Shown: in pieces, positions 41,798-61,530 of the stretch | How positions within the stretch are numbered: the first letter of the stretch is position 1 | How the letters are laid out: every line of letters begins with the position of its first letter | NCBI RefSeq assembly: GCF_009914755.1 | Contig: NC_060932.1 | From: the human T2T-CHM13v2.0 reference genome, Homo sapiens | DNA length: 64,000 bases | Reading direction: 5' to 3' (one strand) | Notes under the pieces: model-generated | Told to the model about the DNA's origin: nothing | Databases searched by the model: none | Seen by the model: only the letters and a program-made list of their open reading frames with translations | Program-made: the position numbers and the translations under genes

Positions 41798-42270
41798 TGC
41801 TATGTTTTGGATATGTCCCCTCCAAAATTCAGGTGCTGAATCTAAACGGTCAATGTCATGTATTAAAAGGTGGGGTACTTTCAGAAGTTTGAGGTTATAG
41901 TGAGCTATGATCATGCCACCACACTCCAACCTAGGCAACAGAGCAAGACCCTTTAAAAAAAATCAGGCCTTTAAGAGGTAATTAGGTCATGAGGGCTCCT
42001 CACCTCGTGAATGGGATTAAGACCCTAATGAAAGAGATTTCACCCCTGTCCTTTCACAATGTGAAAACACAGCATTCCTCACCACCAGAGGATATAGCAA
42101 CAAGACACTATCTTGGAGGCAGAGAGCAGCCCTTATTGGACAACCAAACCTGCTGGCAGCTTGATCTTGGACTTCCCAGTCTTTAGAACCATGAGTAAAT
42201 AAATTTCTCTTCTTTATAAATTACCCAGTCTATGGCATTTTGTTACAGCAGCACAAACAGACTTAAGACA
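41798..42270 (+). mobile_element. MSTC/MSTD-like MaLR solo LTR containing a short Alu 3' fragment (~41885-41962)
   Basis: tgctatgttttgga...gacttaagaca; TSD cctat/tctat. Confidence 0.82.
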
Positions 42271-42379
42271 TCTATCATTTGACTATCTCATTAAGTTTAG
42301 GCAAGAGCATAATCTCCTATTATACTGGCAATGGAAATATACTGAATCAAAGATAAAAGCAATCATTTTTAAACATTAG

Positions 42380-43562
42380 TATTACATGCAGTGCAAAAAC
42401 CCAAAGTGACGGCAGTCTTACATTGCCAAAGCCATCAAAAGGGGAAGGAGAGGGAAGAACAGCAGCATAAGCTGCTGGCAGAGGCAGGGAAAGACAAGCA
42501 GAAAGGAAAGAGAGAAAGAGACAAAGTCAGAGAGACACAGGGGAAGAGACAGAGAGAAAAAGAGGGAGTCACAGAGAAAGAGAGAGACAACAAAGAAGTC
42601 AAAAAGAAAGGGAGATAGAATTAGTAAAGAAAAAAGCAGTGTACCCTATTCCTTTAAAAGCCAGGGTAAGGTTCTGTCTACCCAGCCAAGGTATATTCTT
42701 CTTATGTGGAATGTCTACCTATATCTGCCTCCCCACTAACTGGACCGGCACCTGCACCTTAGTCTTTCCAAGTTCCAACATTAACATTGCCCCAGGAAAT
42801 CAGACCCTATCAGTACCCCTCAAAGCTCAAGTCCATCAGCACAGAGCCATACAACTAATACCCCTACTTAATAGGGTTAGGAATGGCTACTGCTACAGGA
42901 ACCGGAAGAGCCAGTTTATCTACTTCATTATCCTACTACCACACACTCTCAAAGGATTTTTCAGACAGTTTTCAAGAAATAATGAAATCTATCCTTACTC
43001 TACAATCCCAAATAGACTCTTTAGCAGCAGTGACTCTCCAAAACTGCCGAGGCCTAGACCTCCTCACTGCTGAGAAAGGAGGACTCTGCACCTTCCTAGG
43101 GGAAGAGTGTTGTTTTTACACTAATCAGCCAGGGATAGTACAAGATGCCACCCAGCGTTTACAGGAAAAGGCTTCTGAAATCAGACGCCTTTCAAATTCT
43201 TATACCAACCTCTGGAGTTGGGCAACATGGCTTCTCCCCTTTCTAGGTCCCGTGGCAGCCATCTTGCCGCTACTCGCCTTTGGACCCTATATTTTTAACC
43301 TCCTTGTTTTGTTTCCTCTAGAATTGAGGCCACCAAGCTACAGATGGTCTTACAAATGGAACCTCAAATGAGTTCAACTAACAACTTCTACCGAGGACCC
43401 CTGGACCGACCTGCTGGCACTTTCAATGGCCTAGAGAGCTCCCCTCTGGAGGACACTACAACTGCAGGGCCCCTTCAAAGCCCCTATCCAGCAGGAAGTA
43501 GTTAGAGCGGTCATCGGCCAAATTCCCAACAGCAGTTGGGGTGTCCTGTTTAGAGGGGGGAT
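42380..43562 (+). mobile_element. HERV9/ERV9 internal remnant: pol RNase H fragment, GA-rich tract, 3' env (end of SU plus TM), polypurine tract
   Basis: VQKPK..AVLHCQSHQKG (RNase H); CLPTNWTGTCTLV; immunosuppressive domain LQNCRGLDLLTAEKGGLC; CX6CC motif CTFLGEECC; membrane anchor WLLPFLGPVAAILPLLAFGP; PPT agaggggggat directly before the LTR. Confidence 0.92.
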
Positions 43563-44928
43563 TGAGAGGTAACAACGTGCTAGCAGCCCTCACTCACTCT
43601 CAGCACCTCCTCGGCCTCGGTGTCCACTCTGGCCACGCTTGAGGAGCCCTTCAGCCTGCCGCTGCACTGTGGGAGCCCCTCTCTGGGCTGGCCAAGGCCG
43701 GAGCCGGCTCCCTCTGCTTGCGGGAAGGTGTGGAGGGAGAAGCGTGGGCAGGAACCAGGACTGCGCGCAGCACTCATGGGCCAGCACGAGTTCCGGGTGG
43801 GTGTGGGCTTGATGGGCCCCGCACTCAGAGTGGCCAGCTGATGCCGCCAGCCCTGGGCAGTGAAGGGCTTAGCACCCGGGCCAGCAGCTGCGGAAGGGGC
43901 ACCGGGTACCCCAGCACTGCCGGCCCTCCCGCGCTGAGCTCGAATTCTTGCCAGGCCTCAGCCACCTCCCCACAGGGCAGGGCTCAGGACCTGCAGCCCC
44001 CCATGCCAGAGCCCCCCCCACCAAGGTGGGCTCCCGTGCAGCCGGAGCCTCCCCAACAGGCGCTGGCCCCTGCTCCACGGCGTCCGGTCCCATAAACCGC
44101 CCAAGGGCTGAGGAGTGCAGGCGCACAGTGCGGGACTGGCAGGCAGCTCCACCCGTGGCCCTGGCATGGGATTCACTAGGCGAAGCCAGCTGGGTTCCTG
44201 TGTTGGGTGGGGACTTGGAGAACTTTTATATCTAGCCAAAGGATTGTATATGCACCAATCAGCACTCTGTGTCTAGCTCAAGGTTTGTAAACACACCAAC
44301 CAGCACTCTGTGTCTAGCTAGAGGATTGTAAATACACCAATTAGCACTCTGTCTAGCTCAGGGATTGTAAACGCACCAATCAGCACCCTATCAAAACAGA
44401 CCAATCAGCTCTCTATAAAATGGACCAATCAGTTCTCTGTGAAATGGGCCAATCAGCAGGATGTGGGTGGGGTCAGATAAGGGAATAAAAGCAAGCTGCC
44501 CAAGCCAGCAGTGGTAACCCGCTCGGTCCCCTTCCACACTGTGGAAGCTTTGTTCTTTCGCTCTTTGCAATAAATGTTATTGCTGCTCACTCTTTGGGTC
44601 TGCACTGCCTTTATGAGCTGTAACACTCACCTCGAAGGTCTGCAGCTTCACTCCTGAGGCCAGCGAGACCATGAACCCACCGGGAGGAATGAACAACTCC
44701 AGACACACTGCTTTAAGAGCTGTAACAGTCACCGCAACGGTCTGTAGCTTCACTCCTGAAGCCAGCAAGACCACGAACCCACCAGAAGGAAGAAACTCCA
44801 AACGTGTCCGAACATCAGAGGGAACAAACTCCGGACACACCATCTTTAAGAACTGTAACACTCACCACAAGGGTCCACAGCTTCATTCTTAAGTCAGTGA
44901 GACCAAGAACCCACCAATTCCAGACACA
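43563..44928 (+). mobile_element. LTR12-family (ERV9) 3' LTR, complete
   Basis: TG...CA termini (tgagaggtaacaacgtgc...ccaattccagacaca); GC-rich U3, tandem CCAAT repeats, AATAAA near 44569, repeated gctgtaacactcacc units in U5. Confidence 0.95.
44230..44495 (+). promoter_or_regulatory. LTR12 enhancer/promoter repeats: six CCAAT boxes (plus one CCAAC), a GATA site and an AATAAAA TATA-like box
   Basis: caccaatcagcactctgtgtctagct units of ~41 bp, then gaccaatcag units of ~24 bp; agataagggaataaaagc at 44476-44493. NF-Y/GATA dependence of ERV9 LTRs is established; activity of this copy is not shown. Confidence 0.75.
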
Positions 44929-45036
44929 TTAGGATATGCCTTTTTTTTTTCAGTGACATCCAAATTCTCTAGCACTTCAAAACAGTAAGCTTGTTGTATC
45001 TCATTTTTGTTGTTTCCTGTTCAATGTAAGAATTTC

Positions 45037-50736
<5,700 letters not shown>

Positions 50737-51819
50737 TAGTGAATAAGACTGAGTACAAAAATTCCAAGTCTCAAAAGTATTTGTGGGTCATTTCAATCAA
50801 ATTGAAGCCATTAGAGTAGATAAACTCACCAAGGAAATAACTATGCAAAATAAATAAATAAAGGAGGAAAAGATAGAAAATGCAAAGTCACTGTCAATTA
50901 TGCACTGTGAAGATCAGTTCATAACCGAACATAAAGCAGGCAGAGAAACAGAGGCAACAGGAGAATCAAAATGCCAGAGAAAACTTCAAGAAACAGATAT
51001 GAGGAATGTTAAGAACAGAGAAAAAGTTTCTGGTCTTGCCAAAACAATAACTAATTTGCAACCTAGAGTAGTTTCATTAATAAACAAGGCCTGACCATGT
51101 TGGAAGGCTGAAACAGAATACACTCGTAGAAACAGATTTTTAAACTGGGGGGCAAAAGTGTGATTACAGGAATAAAGTCCTAAGAGCTATGAAAAGGGAC
51201 ATGTTCAAAGGTCAGATAAAAGGAAGAAGAGAAAAAATTGTCGTGTGACAGAAGCAAAAATTATGTAGAACAATAATCAAATGAAATTAAGATGAAAGTA
51301 CATAAGGCAGCACCTCTTCCTAACAGCCACTGTATTTCAATCTTCTCTAAGAAGTAGCAGAAAGCATCTGTGTTAAATTATATGAAAACATGAGGGCAGG
51401 ACAGGAAAGAAAGTGTGAAGTGAGAGGACTGGAGCTGTTTCTGAAAAGTCTGCAAACACCAAAACACATGAAACAGCTCAGTCAGTCATAAAAGGCCTTA
51501 CGGCAGAAAAAATGAAGGGACTATATTTGGTCCTCTTTCTTTATTTTCTCTGTTTCCAACCTTGGAACAGCAGTTTGCAAGTTTGTGGACAGGTTGTAAC
51601 TTCTGCTAAGGATGTCTCTTCAGTTTTGAAGAGACTCAGGAAAAGTTCAGAAGAAAGGAGAGAGCTGTTTATGATTGGCTAAAGGCTTTTTTTTATTATT
51701 GTGGCAGAATATACACAACATAAAGTTTACTATTTTAACATGTACAATTCAGTGATCCATACATTCAGCTCTTGTGCAACAATTACTGTTATCCATTTCC
51801 CAAACTTTTTCATCATCTA

Positions 51820-52595
51820 TAATATGGTGATCTAGTAAGAAATTCCTGGCACACTGCCCCTAAAACCTTTGGAATTTCCCGAATGATAAGGGTGGAAGAA
51901 TTATCTTTTGCTATTCATAATAAGTCCCTTTCAAACATATTTGAGCTTATGCTAAAGAGATGACTCTTGGTAGGCCCCTACAAAGCTGCAGGGGAGTGGG
52001 TAGGGAAGCTGGTCACCCAAGAAATCAATCATGTGATTACATAGTCAGAACTTTCAGCCCCACCTCCAGGGAGGGGAGAAGGACTAGAGACTGACCTAAT
52101 CACCAATGACCAATAATTTAATCAATCATGCCTACAGGGTGAAGCCTCCATAAAAACCCTAAATGATGGGACTCAGAGAATTTCTTCTGGATCGATGAAC
52201 ACATCCACGTGCTGAAAGAGTGATGCACCCCAACTCCATGGAGACATAAGCTCCTGCACTGGGGACCCTTCCAGACCTCACCCTATGTGCCTTTTCATCT
52301 GTATATCCTTTATAATAAACTGGTAATAGTAAGTAAAGTGTTTCCCTGCATTCAATGAATCATTGTAGCCAATGACTGAACTTGATTTGTAGCCAAGTCA
52401 GAAGTACCAGAGGCCTGGGGCTTGCAACTGGCATCTGAAGTGGTGGAAGTCTTATACAACTCAGTCCTTAACCTGTGGTGTCTGACACTCACTCCAGGGA
52501 GATAGTATCAAAATTGAATTAAATGCTAGGACAGAGAACTGAGAGCTGTAGGGAGAAAACCCCATGTATTTGGTGTCAGAAGTCTTATAAGTGTA
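51820..52595 (+). mobile_element. MER21-family LTR
   Basis: ttcctggcacactgcccctaaaacctttggaatt...ggggacccttccagacctcaccctatgt...ttggtgtcagaagt. Confidence 0.8.
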
Positions 52596-52993
52596 GAAAA
52601 AGTTTTTTATCATCTCCAACCAAAATTCTATACCCATTAAATAACTTTCCATTTTCCACTTCCCCATAGTCCCGTGTAACCACTATTCTACTTTCTGTTT
52701 CTATGACTTTGACTATTCTAGTGGAATCATACAAATTTGTCCTTTTGTGTGTACTTTGCTTCAGTTAGCATAATGTTTTCAAGGTTCATCCATGTTGTAA
52801 CATGTATCAGAATTTTATCCCTTTTTAAGGCTGAATAATATTCCATTGTATATATATATACCACATTTTGTTTATCCATTCATCCGCTGGTGGACACGTG
52901 AGTTGCTTCCACCTTTGGGCTGTTGTACATAATGCTGCTATGAATATAGGCACACAAATATCTTGAGACCCTGCTTTCAATTCTTTTGGGTAT

Positions 52994-53416
52994 TGCATTA
53001 ATCCGTTCTGGCGCTGCTATAAAGAAATACCTGAGACTCGGTAATGCATAAAGAAAAGAGGTTTAATTGGCTCATGGTTCTGCAGGCTATACAGGAAGCA
53101 TAGCAGCTTCTGCTCTGCTTTTGGGGAAGCCTCAGGAAGCTTCCAACCATGGTGGAAGGCAAAGGGGGAGTAGCACTTCACATGGCCACGTGGCCAGAGC
53201 AGGAGGAAGAGAGAGAGATGGGGAGGTGCTACACACTTAGAAACAACCAGATCTCGTGAGAACCCTATCACAAGACCAGCACTGTGGGATGGTGCTAAAC
53301 CATTCATGAGAAACTGCTCTCATGATCCAATCACCTCCCACCAGGTCCCACCTCCAACACTGGAGATTACAATTTGACATGAGATTTGGGCAGGGATACA
53401 GATCCAAAGCATATCA
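52994..53416 (-). mobile_element. MSTA-like MaLR solo LTR, same orientation as STK3
   Basis: Reverse complement reads tgatatgctttggatctgtatccc...cggattaatgca; TSD ggtat (52989-52993, 53417-53421). Confidence 0.9.
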
Positions 53417-53852
53417 GGTATATACCCAGAAGTGGAATTACTGAGTCACAGGGTAATTCTATGTTTATAATTTCTTGAGGAATTGCTACACTGTTTCCCA
53501 CAGTGGGTGCACTATTTCACTCTCCTACCAGCAATGCACAAGGGCTCCAATTGCTCCACATCCTCACCAACACCTGTGATTTTCTGCTGTTTTTTTTTTT
53601 AATAATAGTCATCCTAAAGACTATGAGGTGGCATCTCATTGTAGTTTCCATTGCATTTCCCTGATTACTAGTGATGTCAAGCATCTTTTCATGTGCTTAT
53701 TGGCCAATGTATACATTTTCTTTGGAGAAATCTCTAAGTTCCTTGCCCACTTTTTATTTGGGTTATTTGTTTTGGAGAAAAGCTTTTAAAGAGAGACACA
53801 GAGGAAAGCTTTCTGTACAATCAGATCTAGCTCTCTAGTCAAAAATAATTGG

Positions 53853-54269
53853 TGATATAGTTTGCATGTTTGTCCCCTCCAAATCTCATGTTGAAATGTG
53901 ATTCCCAATGATGGAGGTGGGGCCTAGTAGGAAGTGTTTGGGTCATGGGGGAGGATCCTTCATGAATGGCTTGGTGTTGTCCCTGGCGATGAGTGAGTTC
54001 TCACTCTATTAATTCACAAGAAAGCTGGCTGTTTAAAGAGCCTGGCACCTCCTCTTCTCTCTTGGTCCCTCTCTCTTCCCATGTGACACACCTGCTCCCC
54101 CATGCCTTCTGCCATGAATAAAATCTTCCTGAAGTGTCACCAGAAACTAAGCTGATGCTGCTGCCATGCTTGTACAACCTGCAGAACCATGGGCCAAGTA
54201 AATCTTTCTTCATTAATTACCCAGTCTCAGGCATTCCTTTATACTAGCAACACAAAACAGACTAATACA
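53853..54269 (+). mobile_element. MSTB-like MaLR solo LTR
   Basis: tgatatagtttgcatgtttgtcccctcc...gactaataca; TSD attgg (53848-53852, 54270-54274). Confidence 0.92.
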
Positions 54270-54971
54270 ATTGGTATCTGCCCTCTAGATCTTTTAGGAA
54301 ACTAATCATGGAGAAGAGGCACTGGCAAGAGTGCTAACCCAGCAGAAGAGAAAAAACTTCCACCCCTGAGAACAGAGATTTCTTTTTCATAAAGTGCCTT
54401 CTACCTGATTTCAGCTCTGTAACTGTCAATCTCTTTTTCTCTTCTGGCAGATTTCCCTATCCACTAGAGCATAGGTTTTAATGACCACACTGCTGGTAGC
54501 TGTATCACTACTAATAGTAGCTACTTAATGAGTCATAAGTGTTACTGCTATGTGCTAGGCATGATCCTTCATCTCATATGTGAAATCTCATTTAAAATTA
54601 AGTCCTACTAATGATGCCGAGAAGATTATCATGGTTCTTACACAAGGATGATATGCAAATTCATTAAGTGTTCCATTTAAGAAAAGAAAAAAGAAAAAAA
54701 AAAAAAACCTCTTGTACCCTAGCAGTTTCATCTTGAATACTGTTAAAAAAAAAAAAAAATACATCTTTAAAACACATGAAAGGTTTTCATCCTTTAGTCC
54801 TTCAATGTAACATTATTAAACGATGTCAAAAAGTCTCAAAGTTAGCGTTAAATAACAAGCATTTTCTAAATTATACATTGAGGAGTCTGATCTTGAATCC
54901 ACAAAATAAAACATCTTTTCTACATCAACTACAGGAAGTACATTTTTACCTCAAACTAGTAAAATGAAAGG

Positions 54972-55257
54972 TTTTGTTGTTGTTTTTTGAGACGAAGTCT
55001 TGGTCTGTCACCCAGGCTGGAGTGCAGTGGCACTGCAGCCTCCGCCTCCCAAGTTCAAGCAATTCTCCTGCCTCAGCCTCCCAAGTAGCTGGGATTATAG
55101 GTATGGGACACCATACCCAGCTAATTTTTGTATTTGTAGTAGAGACAGGGTTTCACCATGTTGGCCAGGCTGTTCTCGAACTTCTGATCTCAAGTGATCT
55201 GGCCACCTCAACCTACCAAAGTGGTGGGATTACAGGGGTGAGCCACCATGCCTGGCC
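54972..55257 (-). mobile_element. AluS with a small internal deletion
   Basis: gagtgcagtggcactgcagcc lacks the gcgatctcggctc segment. Confidence 0.9.
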
Positions 55258-55425
55258 ATTTTTTTTTTCAATCCTGCTCCCTTTTGCCTTTTAAAAGCTC
55301 AACATTTTATAAATATTTAGCAAATGTTTAGCTCTGAAGTAATAAAGTTGATTTTTCTTAAAAAATTCAACTAGAACTAGAAGTGAACATCGTCTTTTTA
55401 TACTCTTAGAAAGTTATGTGTTTCT

Positions 55426-56196
55426 CATGAAAAAATGTTCACCATCACTGGCCATCAGAGAAATGCAAATCAAAACCACAATGTGATACCATCTCACACC
55501 AGTTTGAATGGCAATCATTAAAAAGTCAGGAAACAACAGGTGCTGGAGAGGAAGTGGAGAAATAAGAAAACTTTTACACTGTTGGTGGGACTATAAACTA
55601 GTTCAACCATTGTGGAAGACTGTGTGGCAATTCCTCAAGGATCTAGAACTAGAAGTACCATTTGACCCAGCCATCCCATTACTGGGTATATACCCAAAGG
55701 TTTATAAATCATGCTGCTATAAAGACATGCACACATATGTTTACTGTGGCACAATTCACAATAGCGAAGACTTGGAACCAACCCAGATGTCCATCAATGA
55801 CAGACTGGATTAAGAAAATGTGGCACATATACACCATGGAATACTATGCAGCCATAAAAAAGGGTGAGTTTATGTCCTTTGTAGGGACATGGATGAAGCT
55901 GGAAAACACCATTCTGAGCAAACTATCACAAGGACAGAAAAGCAAACACCGCATGTTCTCACTCATAGGTGGGAATTGAACAATGAGAACACTTGGACAC
56001 TGGGTGGGGAACATCACACACCAGGGCCTGTTGTAGGGTGGGGGGAGTGAGGAGGGATAGCATTAGGAGATATACCTAATGTAAATGACAAGTTAATGGG
56101 TGCAGCATACCAACATGGCACATGTATACATATGTAACAAACCTGCACGTTGTGCACATGTACCCTAGAACTTAAAGCACAATAAAAAAAAAAAAA
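55426..56196 (+). mobile_element. 5'-truncated L1PA5-like 3' end
   Basis: ORF2 C-terminal peptides (ORFs 55508 and 55662, one frameshift between them), 3'UTR ending taccctagaacttaaa plus poly-A; 18-bp TSD agaaagt(t/g)atgtgtttct (55408-55425, 56197-56214). Confidence 0.95.
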
Positions 56197-57168
56197 AGAA
56201 AGTGATGTGTTTCTTCAAAAGATGCTGACGACGTCAGACACACTTTTTAAACAGTTTGGAAGCTGTCTTCAGAGACAAATGCTTTACAATCAATATTTCA
56301 TTTAATCTTCACAAAACTCAAGGAGAAGGTAGTATATAACTTCCATTTTACGAGTAAATTCAGACAGAAAAGCTAAATAACTTGCCCACCACTGCATTTC
56401 AGTAAATGGCAGAGCTGAGATTAGAGCCAACATCTATCGGACTCTAAAGCACCAGCTCTTAATTGCTTCACTTTCTATCATTGTTTTGATAGCAAAATAG
56501 ATGTAATCTGATGATCTCATAGTGTATTTACTTTTATAAAACAGTATTAAATTTATGGGGGTTTAATTAATTATTGGCACCATAAAGACCTGAAACCACC
56601 TAAGAAAATAAATGCTCTGCAATAGACAGAAGAGCTTTTTTAATTATATGAAAGTCTTGTTTTTCAACTCTATCATACCATTTCCTCTTAAGTTGGGCTC
56701 TTTGCCCAAAAGTACTCTAAAATTATAATTTTCTGGCAAGGAGTTTTAAAAGAAGCTGAAATTTTCTCTTCTTCCTTCACCCTTGGACTCTAATTTTTAT
56801 TATCTAAGAATTTTCTCCACTTATCATAAACTGGAAAGTGATATGATTTCTTTACATTTCTTGTAACAAACCTATACAAAATTAACAAACACTGCAACAT
56901 ACTCCCTATCCCTAAGACATGTTATTACATTCGCTTTCTTAATTACTAATTACTCAAAAATCACAAATTCAGAAAATATAGACAAATTTGAAAATGCTCT
57001 AACATATTCACGTCCTATTAAAATAAATTTGAAAATTCCCTAACATATTCATGTTCTAGTAAAATAAAAATTAAAAATAATTTTATTAGAAATATGGACA
57101 CCTATAAGGCTCATACATTTTAATCCAGTTCGTTGTAAGTATTCTGAAATAACCATACCTAGATTTGA

Positions 57169-58128
<960 letters not shown>

Positions 58129-58249
58129 TAAAATCTGCTCTTATCAACAGTGGTGTTATTTGTCTTGGATTATTTTATTTTCTATCTTTTTCATTTAAAA
58201 TGACACTAGGTCATCTGAAATATTTAGTGGTGAGAAAAAAGTAAGACTG

Positions 58250-59380
58250 GGTATTAGGATTATAGTGGGTCAAAGAGCAACCAGAGCAAATAGGAAGAAC
58301 ATAAAGATAAAAGTCTGCTCTGAATAGTCTATATCACGTAATTTGAATTTATATATGCCCAATTTCTGACTCAAACTTAGAAAATAAATGTGTAGTGGAG
58401 AGACTATCCAGAGAAAAGAGCTCAAAACCACCAGTGTCATCACTTTTGGCAGAATATCCATAGTTTGAAAGAAAAAATCAGTTATCCTATCTATGAATAA
58501 AATGCTATTAAAAATAACAGGATATTAGTTATTAGGATATTAGTCTCCAGGTTAGGATCTTGAAATATCATTTCTTACTAAGAGAAACCACGGCTTTTTG
58601 GAGAAATGGATGATTCCAGATCTAGGACAAGAAGTATACAAGATGGGCCCCAAATATCACAGCAGACAACAAGGAAACTATCAAAAACCACTAGGGTCAT
58701 GTTATCTCCTGAAGAGACTCCCACTAACCAAAGGTGAGACAATTTGCGCTTCAGTGAAAGTGATTCCAATGGATTAAATCCATCAAGTATGTTTAAATCC
58801 ATCTTCTCATAATGGCATTTAAAAGAAAAAAAAATGGCCACCTTTGGAGAAAGACAGGGAACTAATTCGTTATCTTGAAAACTTGTAAATAAAAGGAAAG
58901 AATCAAACATTTATCCTGTCTTTCCTTTATCAACAGTACCACTGGGTAACTAAACAGAAGATGAGGGGAAGTTACTTTTTATAAAAACATTCCAATTAAT
59001 AAATGAAAGCAAAATGATGTATTTAGAATTTCATTATATTGCAACACCCACTAACCATCCACAGCCGCTAACATCACAAAAAAGAAAGACAATTAGACAT
59101 TATGATATTCCCATGGTCTTGCCAAACCCCATCTATATATATATATATATCACAATGCCTAAGGGATCGAACTTGAGTCTGCTCCATCTCTGGATCCAGC
59201 TGCACGTTTGCAGAAAATACAGAAGACAAAGGAACATGTTGAACTGACCTATATTAAGCAATCAGCAAAATCCAACTCTGGGAAACTAGTACAAACAACC
59301 TGGGTTCTCCAACAGGAAAAGGAAAAGGATGGAGGACTAAACTAAAGATTAAAAGTGACAACTCATATCAAAACTGCTTT
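58250..59380 (+). mobile_element. Old L1M (L1MC/MD-like) 3' region
   Basis: ttgaaatatcatttcttactaa...ggagaaatggatgattccagatctagg; related sequence resumes at ~59990-60210. Confidence 0.6.
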
Positions 59381-59382
59381 TT

Positions 59383-60674
<1,292 letters not shown>

Positions 60675-60779
60675 TTAATATCACATTTTAGGCCAATCAG
60701 ATTCACTTTCTTGGGATTATGAAATTCCAAGAAAGAGACTATAGATATCCAAACCTGTTCTCCCGGTCTTTCCTCATTC

Positions 60780-61530
60780 CCCAAGTTGTTTCAATTCAAA
60801 ACATAGGAGCCAGGATTGATTCTTTTTTTCCCCTCATTCCCCACATCTAGTCTATCAGCAAGTCCTTCATTTATAACTCCAAAATATCGCAAATCTCTCA
60901 ACTTCTATCTCCACTGACTCTACCATCTCAAATCACAAACTATTCAAATAGTTTCCTAACTTGTTTCTCTTTTATTCTTAACCCTCTACAATCTACTCTA
61001 CCCAAAGCAGCCAAAAGGATGTTTTAAAAACATAAACTGCTTAAAAACCTTTAATGACAGCACACAGAGCTCTGACTTAAATCCAAATTCCTTTCCATGG
61101 CCGGCATCATTGAATCCGTGCCCATCTCTCTGAGCTCATCTCTAGCCACTGTCCTCTTCTCCAATCCAGGCACACTGGTGTCATTTCAATTCCTCCCACA
61201 CATTAAGCTCTTTCCCACCTCCAGGCCTTCTCATAGCTTTCCCCCCTGCCTGGAATACTTTTCCCTTGCTACTCACATGGATAACTTCTCAATGTCAGGT
61301 TACAACTTAAATATCACCTTCTCAGAGAAGCCTCTGCCAACTGCCCTATTAAGCAGGTTTCACCATCTTTCTCTACACACTACTTATATCTTTCATAGCT
61401 CAAGCTACAACAAGAGTGTATGTTATATGAGGGCAAAGAACCCACCTGTTTCATTCACCAATGAGCATCTGGAATGTGGAAAACAATTAATAATTACTGA
61501 ATGTATGAATAAATGAGGAAATGAATGAAG
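60780..61530 (+). mobile_element. L2 3' fragment
   Basis: Ends in the L2 tail tgaatgtatgaataaatgaggaaatgaatgaa. Confidence 0.75.

Larger units (their letters stand above)
51690..53775 (-). mobile_element. L1MB-like 3' segment, host of the MER21 and MSTA insertions
   Basis: Antisense L1MB 3' text resumes across both LTR insertions (aaactttttcatcatct|...|ctccaaccaaaattctatacccattaaa). Confidence 0.8.

Noticed and set aside
42430-42640. GA-rich tract and K/E/R-rich 75-aa ORF
   Set aside because: Low-complexity segment that, as I recall, is typical of HERV9 internal sequence downstream of the RNase H remnant.
43580-44239. CpG-rich segment with several Pro/Ala/Gly-rich ORFs as the STK3 promoter/exon 1 or a novel gene
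   Set aside because: It lies wholly within LTR12 U3. The expected exon 1 peptide (MEQPPAPK) was not found, and GC-rich DNA gives long ORFs by chance.
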